Shown in pieces: positions 13,471-24,961 of a stretch of 64,000 nucleotides of DNA. The position numbers were made by a program, and so were the translations under genes. Source of the DNA: Mytilus californianus (Eukaryota); the NCBI RefSeq assembly GCF_021869535.1, contig NW_026262690.1, positions 8,370,001-8,434,000 on the forward strand, given 5' to 3'. Numbering within the stretch: position 1 is the first letter of the stretch; every line of letters starts with the position of its first letter. The notes under the pieces were generated by a model. That model saw only the letters and a program-made list of their open reading frames with translations. It had not been told where the DNA came from and ran no database searches.

Positions 13471-14077
13471 TTAAGTTATCTTTAAAGTACTTTGTATTTG
13501 TCTTTTCATCGTTGTTCTTTTAAGCAATGGTCGGTTTTTGGTCTGCTCATCTTCGAACTATGATTGTGTTTGTCTTCATGGTATCTACTGCCTTTTTTGC
13601 AAAGAGAAAATACTGTATGTGTATAAAAATAAGAAGATGTAGTATGATTGCCAATAAAACAGCTATCAAACAGAGACTAATGGACGAGATTGTAAACAAC
13701 CATAGGTCACCCTACGATGTGCATCATTACCTATTGAGATATTTTCTCACAAATTTGTATTTGACCTAGGTTTAGGTCTATTTTATGTTGGGCGGTGGTT
13801 GCAAAACTATTATAATTTAGACAAAATATGAGTAGGAACATCGTTTTTCTTACGACTTTCCCGCCGACATGTTGTTCAATACAACGAATATGTATTACAA
13901 ACAGAGTCGGTAAAGGAAATTTATTGAAAAAAAAACGTATTTGGCTTCACAACTGACACACGGAAATAATTTGTGTTTAAAACAAGTCAGATATACCCCA
14001 ACATATACTTTCTCTATAGTTATTAAACTTCTTGTACATATTTATAATAAATAATGTTAGGAAGCTTATAAACTTAC

Positions 14078-14092
14078 CTGTGGTTATTTGCA
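14078..14092 (-). CDS. Putative 15-nt microexon (in phase 2: S-A-N-N-H) of the guanylyl-cyclase-like gene
   Basis: Strong polypyrimidine tract plus CAG acceptor, and a GTAAGT donor. SANNH resembles the SSNHG segment that follows the PP-rich tail in retinal guanylyl cyclases. Confidence 0.35.
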
Positions 14093-14281
14093 CTGAGAAC
14101 ATGAAAGAAAAAGGAATAAATAGATGATGTGTGATAGAATGGTTGCTTTTCGCAATAATGCTCTATGTCTGTTCGTAAATATACACATATCAACTTACAA
14201 CTAAATGGATTTTTTTTTATATACGAGTACTACATTGTAGGTAGAATAGAACAAATTCTGAAAAATAAATATACAGGTTAC

Positions 14282-14300
14282 CTTGCTATGTTTGAGCCAT
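14282..14300 (-). CDS. Putative 19-nt microexon (R-W-L-K-H-S-K)
   Basis: TTTTCACTCAG acceptor and AAG|GTAACC donor; converts phase 2 to phase 0. Confidence 0.25.
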
Positions 14301-14470
14301 CTGAGTGAAAATACTGTAAGTGCTGCATACAACGGATTTATCTTTTTTTTTTAACATTTCTATAACTTCGTTAGTTAATAAAGAATTACCAGTCTAACCA
14401 TGGATTTTTTTCTTATATTATACTTATATATCTCCAAATATTTATTTTTGTTCAAGTATCATAGTTTTAC

Positions 14471-14553
14471 CTGTCCAAGGGAAGCGGCTCTGGTAAAGTT
14501 TTGTTAAAGCCATCTTTCCCTATCAACCAAAATGTCTTGGCCAGTCCTTTTCT
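14471..14553 (-). CDS. Exon encoding the C-terminal end of a receptor (membrane) guanylyl cyclase catalytic domain
   Basis: TGTGTTTCAG acceptor, AG|GTAAAA donor. Translates RKGLAKTFWLIGKDGFNKTLPEPLPLD, matching the KGKG...TFWLIGK.GF.K.LP.P.P.D tail of GUCY2D/GUCY2F-type cyclases as I recall it. No upstream catalytic exons were found in the window. Confidence 0.65.
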
Positions 14554-15544
14554 CTGAAACACATTGATGTGAAGTTGAGAACCCTTGCATTTTATATCAT
14601 TTTTGATATATAAAATTGATTTATATCAATAACATAACATTTGTAAAGTAGAGAGAGACTGGGGGTACAAATAATGCGTTTATTTTTGGGAAAACTTTGT
14701 AGATAATCAAACTGTTTAATTAATAATAAAGAAAATCAATACAAGGCTCATGAAAAGCTCATCTGATTTATCTTCTTCAGCATCATTTGAAAAGCGATGA
14801 ATGACATGTTTAAAATATTGTAGGAAAAGAAACTTATGCAATAATGCGTCATCTCTATGGAAACCTGTCAAGAACTATTTGTTCTTTTCAATAAAATAAT
14901 TGAGACAATGTTCTGAAATGTCAGTTACCTTTTCAACGATCTTAAAAGTATCAAGTCAATTGTTGTACGATAACGTGATGTGTGAATCGTTCGTACTTAT
15001 AAAGTTTCAGGGTATTGTCTTTTTATGTAATGTCATTGAGAAGATATGTCACCAAGATGACAAGGCATGAGTACAAGGAACAAAGAACACATGGGGTCAA
15101 AATAGATTTTCGATAATAAACGCGTTTCTATGTCATATGCCAAGCTCTGCCACGTCCAAATTCGAAAACAAATTAATAAATTTACACTGATACACTATTA
15201 CAGAAAAAAAATCTCCAACAAACACAAAATTCCATAATGCCAAAATCACTGAAATAAAATAGACCACTAAAAAGTAAATAACTTCGGACAATTACTTACA
15301 TTGTCTTTTTATATTACTTGAAAACTGGTTCAGAGAAAGCTCTTTATATCAGGCAATACAGGCTAAAGGTTAAATAAAGTATATACATATTAACCAATTG
15401 ATAAAATCTTTCCCTGTTGTAAAAGTTTTTGGTACTGCTACAATATTACGTTGATTGCAAGCTTAGACGTCAATGTAATACGTGTAGGTCTTGTCCTATT
15501 GATTATTTTTAAAGTTTCTGTCTATCTATCATAGTGTTTTATTA

Positions 15545-16330
15545 TATTAGGGAAAAACGCAAAAAATTATAAACAATCGTCATTAAAGAGCAAAAACTCC
15601 AATGTATTGGAGTTGTCTGACGATTTCACTCATGTTAACTTATTTGTAGATCTTGTATTGCTAATCATTTTTCCTAATAAAAATTTCTTTGTAACTATTA
15701 TAATTTCAAAATAATAGACAAAAATGAAAAACAAAATGACATTTAAGGGCAATAACTCCTATAGGAATTCGTCTGACAGTCTTGACGTAAATGGACAGCA
15801 GGTAGCGATCTCTACATTCTCAACATTTCTCACTATGTTAGATTTTCTCTTCAAGATAATAGACAAAATTTGCATTTTACCCCTATGTTCTATTTTTAGC
15901 CATGTCGGCCATCTTGGTTGGCAGGCGGGGTCATCGGGCACATTTTTTAAACAGTGCACCCCAATAATGATTGTGGCTACGTTTTGTAAAATTTTGCCCA
16001 ATAGTTTCAGAGAAGAAGATTTTTGTAAGATATTAGACAAAAACGCAAAAATTTGTTAAAAATCAACTTTAAAGTGCAATAACTGCAATAAGGAGTCATC
16101 TGACGATTTCGGCTATGTTGACGTATATGTAAATCTTGTCTTGCTGCACTTTTTCTCAATAAAGTTTCTCTTATATATGTCTATTATAGTTTTTTTATAA
16201 TAATAAGCAAAAATGAAAAAAATGGTAAAATTCGACATTTAAGGGCAATAACTCCTATAAAAAGTCGTCTGACAATTTTGACGTAAATGGACAGCAGGTA
16301 GATCTCAACATTCTGAACATTTCGGTCTAT
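15545..16330 (+). repeat. Diverged tandem array (~170-bp-scale units) of HINE-associated satellite type
   Basis: Recurring TTTAAGGGCAATAACTCCTATA...GTCTGACA...TTGACGTAAATGGACAGCAGGTAG, plus a GGCCATCTTGG motif shared with the 166-bp satellite at 50.2-51.8 kb. Confidence 0.6.
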
Positions 16331-16382
16331 ATAAATAAGACAAGACTATTTCTGATACTAACAGGCACGGTGACCATTTCGA

Positions 16383-16995
16383 TTATGTACCATTATGTGC
16401 CATTTGGGTTGCTGAACCAGATGTTTCTGCCGGACGCTTTCTAATGCTGCGTTTATCTGTTTTCCCTGCTTTTATCTTTTTAACTGCCCTGTTGTCTGCT
16501 GTTCTTTTCTCATCTTCCGAGTCGCTGGCCACTTCATCTGAAAGGTATTCATTAACAGTTCTCCAACCGCCCTCGGACTTATCTGCAATTTTGATTAATT
16601 TATTTCTCTTCTTGAGCTGAACGGAGGAATCTTCTAATACCCGAACTGCCTTTTTAGGTCGATTCTTCTCAATGTAACTAATTGCCGTGCTGATACTGTC
16701 TTGAATATCAGAATTAAGCTCAAATTGTACTTGATTCCCCTTAAATTTAAAGGTATTCTCTGCTTTCTTTGCTCTCTGTAGTATCTGAAAAATTCTTTTC
16801 TATGCCGGAAAGTTTATTATTAAAATACGTTGTCATCAAGGAAAACAAATCTGCATTTGAAACTTCTGGTGACTTATCTTGTTCTGAATTACCTTTTCTT
16901 TTCGTTGATTCTGCAGCAGAACGTAAGGCATCAATTGACTTGTCAGGAGTCTTGGTTAATTCTCTATCGTCGAGGTCTAGTTCTGAATCGGACAT
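16383..16995 (-). mobile_element. DIRS-like (tyrosine-recombinase retrotransposon) gag/ORF1 remnant, frameshifted and 3'-truncated
   Basis: ORF 16995-16747, then a second frame FKGNQVQFELNSDIQ...LKKRNKLIKIADKSEGGWRTVNEYLSDEVASDSEDEKRTADNRAVKK*. Fits the KGN..QF...R.KLI..AD.S..GW.TV.EY....ASDSEDEK pattern I recall for DIRS ORF1. No RT or YR follows. Confidence 0.65.
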
Positions 16996-18378
16996 CTTGA
17001 TAAATTGTCTGCAAGTCGAGTGGTCACCGCCCAGCCTTCGATAAACTTGAAACCCGTTTTCAATCTATTAAATACCCTACTAATTTGCATAACTCGTTTA
17101 TTCTCTTGTTAAACAAGAAACTAAAATAGATCAGAAAATTCATACGCATACCGCACATAAATTTATGTATTGATTATTGCATAGAACAGGGTCAGGGATG
17201 AATGTTATCACACTAGTTCTTATCAATCATTCATTTATAGTGTAAAAGTCCTAGCAACCATTTATTTATATTGGAAAATTGCCAAGCAACCATTTACTTA
17301 TATTAGAGAAAAGTTCCTAGTAACAATATATTTTCGGTTTCATTGAGAAAAAAATCAGAAAAAAATGAAATCAAACATGCAGTTTTCTTTCAATTAATAA
17401 TCCCTTTGAAGAACACATTTTGTATGTACCGAAATGTTGAATTACACTGACTTTATTGTACATATGCATAATCCAGAATAGTTAATTATATGAAAAATTT
17501 TAAGGTTGAAAAAATAAGAGTTTGATTACAAATCCAAATACAAAAATAAGATGTGATATGATTGCCAATGAGACAGCTCTCCACAAGATATATTTAAGAC
17601 AGGTCCTTTGAATCTACAAAAACAAGGCAAAACGAAAAAAAAATGCTCAGAGAACGACCAATTTATTTCTTTGGTTAGGGTTTGGCCTTTAGGCAAGAGG
17701 TTTTGCGTGGACAGAATAATCATTTTTACCCGTTATAAGGCTGGATTACTTATTTCGTTTTTTTTTCGTCGAAAAAAAACTTTTCCTTTGTGTACACACC
17801 TATTTCTTTTTTCAAATCGTATGTGCATCTAAAAGTACAGAAAATTCATTTTCAGCATGTCTTTGGCAAAATTATTGATCTTCAGTTCTAGACATCATCA
17901 CATTCATTTCATTATCCCCATCACAAAACATAAAATGGTCCTTCCCTAGCTTATAGAACTACTCTGAATCCGCTCAACTGCTACTTTAATATTCTGTGGA
18001 TAATATAAAAAAAAACATCCTTCTTAAAAACAAATACATTGTTTGTTCTTCAAAATTTACTTTTTTTTTTCATGTAGATTTTATCATGGTGTTCACATTT
18101 TCTACCTATCTATTATAGTTTTTAAGCTGTAATATCTCAAAATTTAGCTAAAATAAATTCTTTTCGGACAATAACTGCTTAAGAAAGTTGATTCATAATT
18201 TCAGCAATGTTAACCCATTGGTAAACCCTATCTTTAAGCTCATTTAAGCTGTATATTGCCTCTCTTTACCTTTTAAAATTTTCAAGAACTGCAAAAACAT
18301 TAATGACAATTTCAGTAATTTCAACGTATTTTAACTCTTTTCTCATTGATCTGGGTTTTTTTTCTGAAAGTATATCTC

Positions 18379-19001
18379 TAACGTGAGGGTACCCAAATTG
18401 CACATATTTTGACAGTTTTTTCACCTACGTTTATTTATGATCAAGACAAAAGTTTCCATTATGTGTTTATTTTGTAGATGTATCCTTATTCACTATATAG
18501 TTCCACCAATTTAATTTTGAATCCATATTCAATCATAGAAAAATGGGTTTGAACCGACCTCCAAACACTCCAATATTCTATAATGAGGAGTACCCAAATT
18601 GCACCCATGCTTAAATTCACATCCGTAAAAATCGGAGAACTGATGTTTTGTTTTATTTCTTCAAATATATAGAACAATTTGACAATAGTTCATGCTTTCT
18701 ATTCATTTTTTAAGAAATGGATACCTGTAACATAATTATTTTAATTGCTAATTTTTAAAAGTTGACTTTTTGTGGACGTCGCATGGCCACGTTTCTGTAG
18801 ATTTTACTTTTTCCAGTGGATACTTTATCTGTTGATATATGCTGTGAACGTTTTGTTTATATTTACATATATTTAGCTATGCTGAAAGACGTGCATAATG
18901 TCAAATCATAAAATTTACAAATTGTTTAGTCTCTAAGAAAACTTGTAACAATAACGCTGCTATTTTTGCTAAATAGGTGCAATTTGGGTACCGTGACGTT
19001 A
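18379..19001. mobile_element. MITE with ~28-bp TIRs, TA at both ends (Tc1/mariner-like?)
   Basis: TAACGTGAGGGTACCCAAATTGCACATA versus the reverse complement of the right end, TAACGTCACGGTACCCAAATTGCACCTA. An internal direct copy of GTACCCAAATTGCAC lies near 18590. Confidence 0.7.
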
Positions 19002-19393
19002 TCTATTACAGAACTTAAGATAAAACCCAAAACGCAGAAAGGGAAAAAAATTATTATAAAGTGAAGTTTCTAAAACAATTACAGTAGAACCCAATTCATA
19101 CGATGCCACTGCAAAATGTAGTTTCTAAAACAATAGCATAACTCATTTATTACAATGCCTTTACAAAGTGAAGTTTCTTTTTTTGTACAGTTTATTCATT
19201 TATTTAATGACAATTTGTCACACCTGGGACTTTAATATATTTTATATGTCATCGGTCTAAAATAATTAATAAAATGATTTCCATAAGCTATCTTTTTTTT
19301 TTCGTTTCTATACATATTAAATTGCTTAAATTAAAATGCAGATATTATAACATTTGTGATCAGTGACGACGTTCAGATGTCTATATCGTTGTA

Positions 19394-19585
19394 GATGATG
19401 ACACACTTACACAAAAAGAGCTTTCCTCTGCAGACATTACTATTCCTCCAGATGATGCCACACTTACATGAAAAGATATTATATATGCAGGTATTACTAT
19501 TTCTCCAGACGATGCCACACTTACACGAAAAGAGCTTTTGTATGCAGGTATTACTATTCCTCCAGACGATGCCACACTTACTGAC
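19394..19585 (+). repeat. 57-bp tandem repeat, 3.3 copies
   Basis: Units start at 19394, 19451, 19508 and 19565 (GATGATGCCACACTTACA...). Confidence 0.85.
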
Positions 19586-19904
19586 AAAAATCTTGCTTTA
19601 GACTGTATGCTGCCTTCAAGATGTCGTTTGGTTATTTTTGTTGGTGAATTGCTGCCTCATCAATGTATACCCTAAATCTTCATATTTACCAAAATAGATT
19701 TTACAAGATGGTTTACTGTTTCTTCTATTTAAAATCCTGTCCAATTTCTTATTTTGTCAACCACATCGGTAGCTTACTGGCCTCGAATGCGATAGGTAGG
19801 AAATTTGATCACCAACTAAATAAACATTAAACTTAAAATCCTGCTTCTCCGGTAATCGGGTGACATTTAGAAGTAAGTATCCGCGTAAAAAAACTAGCGT
19901 TGGT

Positions 19905-20790
19905 AAGGTGTAATGTCTGAATGAGGTGTAATGTATGAGTGAGGTGTAATGTCTAGTGAGGTGTAATGTCTGGGTGGGTTGCAATGTCTGGGTATGGTGT
20001 AATGTCTCGATAAAATGTAATGTCTTGGTGAGTTGCAATTTCTGGATGGGGTGTTATGTGTGGATGAGGTGTAATGTGTGGATGAGGTGTAATGTCTGAA
20101 TGGGATGTAATGTATGGGTGAGGTGTAATGTCTAGTGAGGTGTAATGTGTGGATGAGGTGTAATGTCTGAATGGGGTGTAATGTATGAGTGAGGTGTAAT
20201 GTCTAGTGAGGTGTAATGTCCGGGTGGGTTGCAATGTCTGGGTATGGTGTAATGTCTGGATAAAATGTAATATCTTGGTGAGTTGCAATGTCTGGATGGG
20301 GTGTTATGTGTGGATGAGGTGTAATGTGTGGATGAGGTGTAATGTCTGAATGGGGTGTAATGTATGGGTGAGGTGTAATGTCTAGTGAGGTGTAATGTCT
20401 AGGTGGGTTGCAATGTATGGGTATGGTGTAATGTCTGGATATAATGTAATGTCTTGGTGAGTTGCAATGTCTGGATTGGGTGTAATGTGTAGATGAGGTG
20501 TAATGTCTGAATGGGGTGTAATGTATGGGTGAGGTGTAATGTCTAGTAGGGTGTAATGTCTGGGTGGGTTGCAATGTCTGGGTGGGGTGTAATGTCTGGA
20601 CGGAGTGTAATGCATGTGTGATGTGTAATGTCTGTGTGGGGTATAATTTCTTGGTGGGGTGTTATATCTGGGTGGTTGTAATGTAGGTGTAGGGTGTAAT
20701 GTCTGGATGGGGTGCAATGTCTGGATGGGTTATATTGTCTCAGTAGGGTGTTATGTCTGTATTGGGTGTATTGTCTCAGTGGGGTGTAAG
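19905..20790 (+). repeat. 18-bp GT-rich minisatellite (GAGGTGTAATGTCTGGAT-like) with higher-order structure
   Basis: A variant TTGCAATG monomer in GGGTGGG context recurs at 19979, 20229, 20408 and 20569 (periods 250, 179, 161, each n x 18 with 17-bp variants). Confidence 0.9.
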
Positions 20791-22292
20791 GTCTGCATTT
20801 ACAAGCTTTATAAAAATAAGGAGATGAGGTATGATTGCCAATGAGACAACTATTTGTTAGTGTAAATTAACAGGGTGGCATCTTCTGGGGGAATAGTAAT
20901 GTCTGCATATATAAGCTCTGTTCATGTATGCAATATTTCAAGCCTTAAAACCATCTGAGTCTTCATAAATTGTGAATATATCTAACCAGAGTCATATATA
21001 TTTACAATCTCTGAATTAGCTGAAAAAAGATCCGTTTTCCCCACTCAATTCTCCAAAATAAAGAAAACATTAAGACATGATACTACAGTTTTGGACAGTT
21101 GTGGAGGTAAATACATCATAATATTAATTAGTATAAATAATAATTATTATCATTATTATTATCAGAACTTTTTATGTACTTCATATATTGTTTCTTCTCC
21201 TCTGTACTTTATTTGTTTTGTATATGTGTTCTTCGAATTTCGTTCCTCTTTTAATGTTTAATATCATGTTCTTGTCTGTTTTAATTTAATATATATTTTT
21301 TTGTATATGTGTTCTTCGAATTTCAATCCTTTTTTTAAATGTTTAATTAACGTTTTTGTCTGTTTTATTTTATATTTTATTTACATCTGTCGAATGTACT
21401 TTTTTGCAATGGCTTTTTATTTTATAAATTTAGTCTAAAATCCCGTTTTATCAAAATTCATTGTGCTATTGTCGATGATTGTGTAGAGATATGTCGTAAT
21501 TGAAAAGTTTCAGGCAACATCTTTTTAAGTTAGTACTGGTTCGTATATTACAAATCGTTCATTAGTGTCATATTGATAAATATGCACGATAATTAGACAT
21601 ATACAGCTAATTATCCCCTACAGTGAAAGAAAATAAAATATTTCAATTACTGAAATGATCAACTGAAAGGTTTGATTTAGCTTTTAACACTTATATTTGA
21701 ATTGAAACTGAGATATATAAATACTTCGTACAGTAAGAAAAATACGGTTATATTTTCGGAAATTGTACAGTAATTAAGGTTAGTTATTAATCTAAGAGCA
21801 GCAAGTTTTTGTAAATATTTAATAGAGTTATCCTTCTTTTGCTATGATATAGAATAACACAAGTAGTGTCAGCAGGATATAATATGTTATTGCACTAAAA
21901 CAATATTCTAATTGATTACATTATTTTGAATACTTGCTTGTAATCATTTATGTCAAGAAATTGGCAGCATGGTTGGTTAACGAAGACTCTCGTGTTTCAG
22001 AACAGCAAATCACAAATCTGAAATCTTTTCAATATATTAAAGCAGTTTAATTCCATGCTCTGAACAACCCTTGACGTAACTCTGGGCGACTCGCAGGCTG
22101 CCTATTGCAACGTCAAATTTCTGTCATAATTTAATATCCCCTCTAGTTCCGCTGCCAGTACTTATTTATGCATATTTTTTCTCAGAATTGTTTGTCGTAA
22201 GGTTGTTCTTTCATTGACTGATATCCCACATCTCTTTTTAATCAAAATAATGCATAAATTATATTAAAGAAGCAAGATATTGAGTTTTTATG

Positions 22293-22577
22293 TCGTACTT
22301 TGATTTATCTTTCGACCCTCTGTTGACTTTTTATGTATAATGATCGTACTTTGATTTATCTTTCGACCCTCTGTTGACTTTTTTATGTTTAATGATCGTA
22401 CTTTGATTTATCTTTCGACCCTCTGTTGACTTTTTAAGCATAATAATCGTACTTTGATTTATCTTTCGACCCTCTGTTGACTTTTTATGTATAATGATCG
22501 TACTTTGATTTATCTTTCGACCCTCTGTTGACTTTTTATGTATAATGATCGTACTTTGATTTATCTTCGACCCTCTG
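22293..22577 (+). repeat. 51-bp tandem repeat, about 5.5 copies
   Basis: TCGTACTTTGATTTATCTTTCGACCCTCTGTTGACTTTTTATGTATAATGA at 22293, 22344, 22396, 22447, 22498 and 22549. Confidence 0.9.
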
Positions 22578-23879
22578 AGGTCTTTTTTTGAAAATCCGAA
22601 ATACCGATTAAGACCGTTGTTTTCAATAGTCTTAGAACATCCCCTCATCCATGTGTCAATTTCATCTTTGCATTCTTCGGTATTTAATATTTTTTATGTT
22701 TTATTGTTTTTCGGTAGTTTTATGTCAATTGATTTAAATAATATGTGAATTTTCAAAGAGAACGTTTTAGTTTAAATATTCATGTGCGATCAACTTGTAG
22801 GTGGGTTGATTAGAACGAATATTGAAAGTCTTTGGGAAGCAGGTACAATTTGAAAAAGGCAAACAAATTACAATCAATCAGATGTGCATTCTTTACGATG
22901 AAGCGTTGAACTGGTTCCTAAATATGCAAAGCTTGACCTCATTATGATAAGGAGGGACCTTCTTGAACTATGATAAGGATTTTATAATTCGCCAAAATCG
23001 AGGGGCTTTCGTATTTAAGCATCCAACAGTTTTAGCTGCGGATGAGATTTATTTGTCAATACGATAAAAAGACCATTCGACCTGGTTCATTATCTGTGAC
23101 ATATATTGATAGTATGATTAGATAGACGTTTGACCCGAACATACAGGAAAATCCATCATACGTTGTATGACGTACACTGTGTCCACATATTATGGCATTG
23201 GAAATTTTATCAGACGAATCAGTTCTGTTCAACCTGATTCATTGGATTTTATTTTCAATTTCATGTGTATAAGTATATTGCTTTGTATATTAATTAAATT
23301 ATAATATCCAAGAATAGTGTAAGAATAGGACCTTTTTTATCCGTAACACAACGTGTGATACTTTTCCTTATTGCCTTATGGAAATATTTCACAGTCAGTA
23401 ATACAATGCGCGTTCAATCATATCCCATGTACCAGTAATGTCTGCTTCCATAGAAACGACATTAAACCTTTTTGTAAATATTTTCATCTCTTTAATTCAA
23501 ACTAGCAGTTGTCAACTTCCTCGTAATATGCTGTACTGGCTTTGACTTTCGTGTTTTATATACGCAATCTTCTGAATTATGAATGACTCTTTTTAGAATC
23601 CCAATACTTATATCTTAGAAAGGTGATTGGACGTGTTGGAAATCAACTTCTCCAGTCCGACAGTAAGGCTCAAACAAAATAGAGTTTGGATGTGTGGGAT
23701 GTATAAATACACAGACACGTTCAATCGGATAGGGGACGTTAAATCCAATGTGTCGAGAGTGCCAAGCTATCTGCACGTTTAGGAACCCCTGGAACAACTA
23801 TTTGAATAGTCTAGATAGCCAGTTGAGAGTAAACATTCTGCCCTATCCAACATACCCATTTCGCAGTAGCCGTATAGAA

Positions 23880-24015
23880 TTTCAATCCTTCGTGCCGGTC
23901 GACCCAGTTTGCAAAACCTGCATACTGGACTAATTGTTAAAATGTTCTTGTCTTCAAAATGCCTGAATTATTTGCCAGTGGACGTTAAACTACCATTAAT
24001 CAATTAATCAATCAA
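23880..24015 (+). mobile_element. Possible SINE 3' portion
   Basis: ATTATTTGCCAGTGGACGTTAAAC followed by an (AATC)n-like tail; a similar segment lies near 10085-10135. Confidence 0.35.
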
Positions 24016-24379
24016 TAGGGCGCAAAAGATCACACATGAGGTCGTGAAACTTTAGTAAAGATTTAAGATTTTTACTGAAATAATCCCTGGTAATTTTGGT
24101 CGTACCATTAGATCTAATTGAAGTGACCTTTTTATATCTAAATTAAACTGTTTTGTATGTGACGTTTAGACTTATGTCAAGACTTGAGTCAAATTTTGTC
24201 ATGTTCAATCAGAATCCTACATATAAATGTAGGGTGTATTTTAAAATACGATAACGTTAACCTGTGTCTGCTGACATCATGTTGAGACAGTAACCGGGAC
24301 AGGGTCATGAAGTGAGAGAAACGACTACAGGGTTACGTTTACTATATAAGCATATCATGAATGCTTGTTTCATGTTGTC

Positions 24380-24795
24380 AAATATAAAAAAGAAGATGTG
24401 GTATGATTGCCAATGAGACAACTCTCCACAAGAGACCAAATGACACAGAAATAATTAACAACGATAGGTCACCGTACGGCCTTCAACAATGACCAAAGCC
24501 CATACCGCACAGTCAGCTATAAAAGGCCCCAAAATGACAATGTAAAACAATTCAAACGAGAAAACTAACGGCCTAATTTATGTACAAAAAAAATGAACGA
24601 ATAACAAATATGTAACACATAAACAAACGACAACCACTGAATTACAGGCTCCTGACTTGGGACAGGCACATACATACAGAATGTGGCGGGGTTAAACATG
24701 TTAGCGGGATCCCAACCCCCCTAACCTGGGACAGTGGTGTAACAGTACAACATAAGAACGAACTATAAAAATCAGTTAAAAGAGGCTTAACTCAG
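24380..24795 (-). mobile_element. Family A' interspersed repeat, well-preserved copy
   Basis: AAGAAGATGTGGTATGATTGCCAATGAGACAACTCTCCAC...GGCTCCTGACTTGGGACAGGC...GCGGGGTTAAACATGTT; shares this motif with the 3' UTR of the RT element at 38877-40950. Confidence 0.8.
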
Positions 24796-24961
24796 TTATC
24801 GACATTGTTTTGCTGTCCGTTTCTAGATTTATTGTAATTTACTCTGTTTTGTCGTTTTAATAGCTGTGTGTTTTATTAAGGAAACTTAAACAACTTGTTA
24901 TACGGTAGTCTTTAGACAGATTTCCTGGCGTCTTTAGAACAGATTTCCTGGCGTCTTTAGA

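Noticed and set aside
19757-20844. His/Thr/Pro-rich ORFs
   Set aside because: Translations of the 18-bp minisatellite in several overlapping frames, with 17-bp units breaking frame.
22331-22648. 105-aa ORF
   Set aside because: Mostly the 51-bp (17-codon) tandem repeat, with 52-bp units; no homology recognised.
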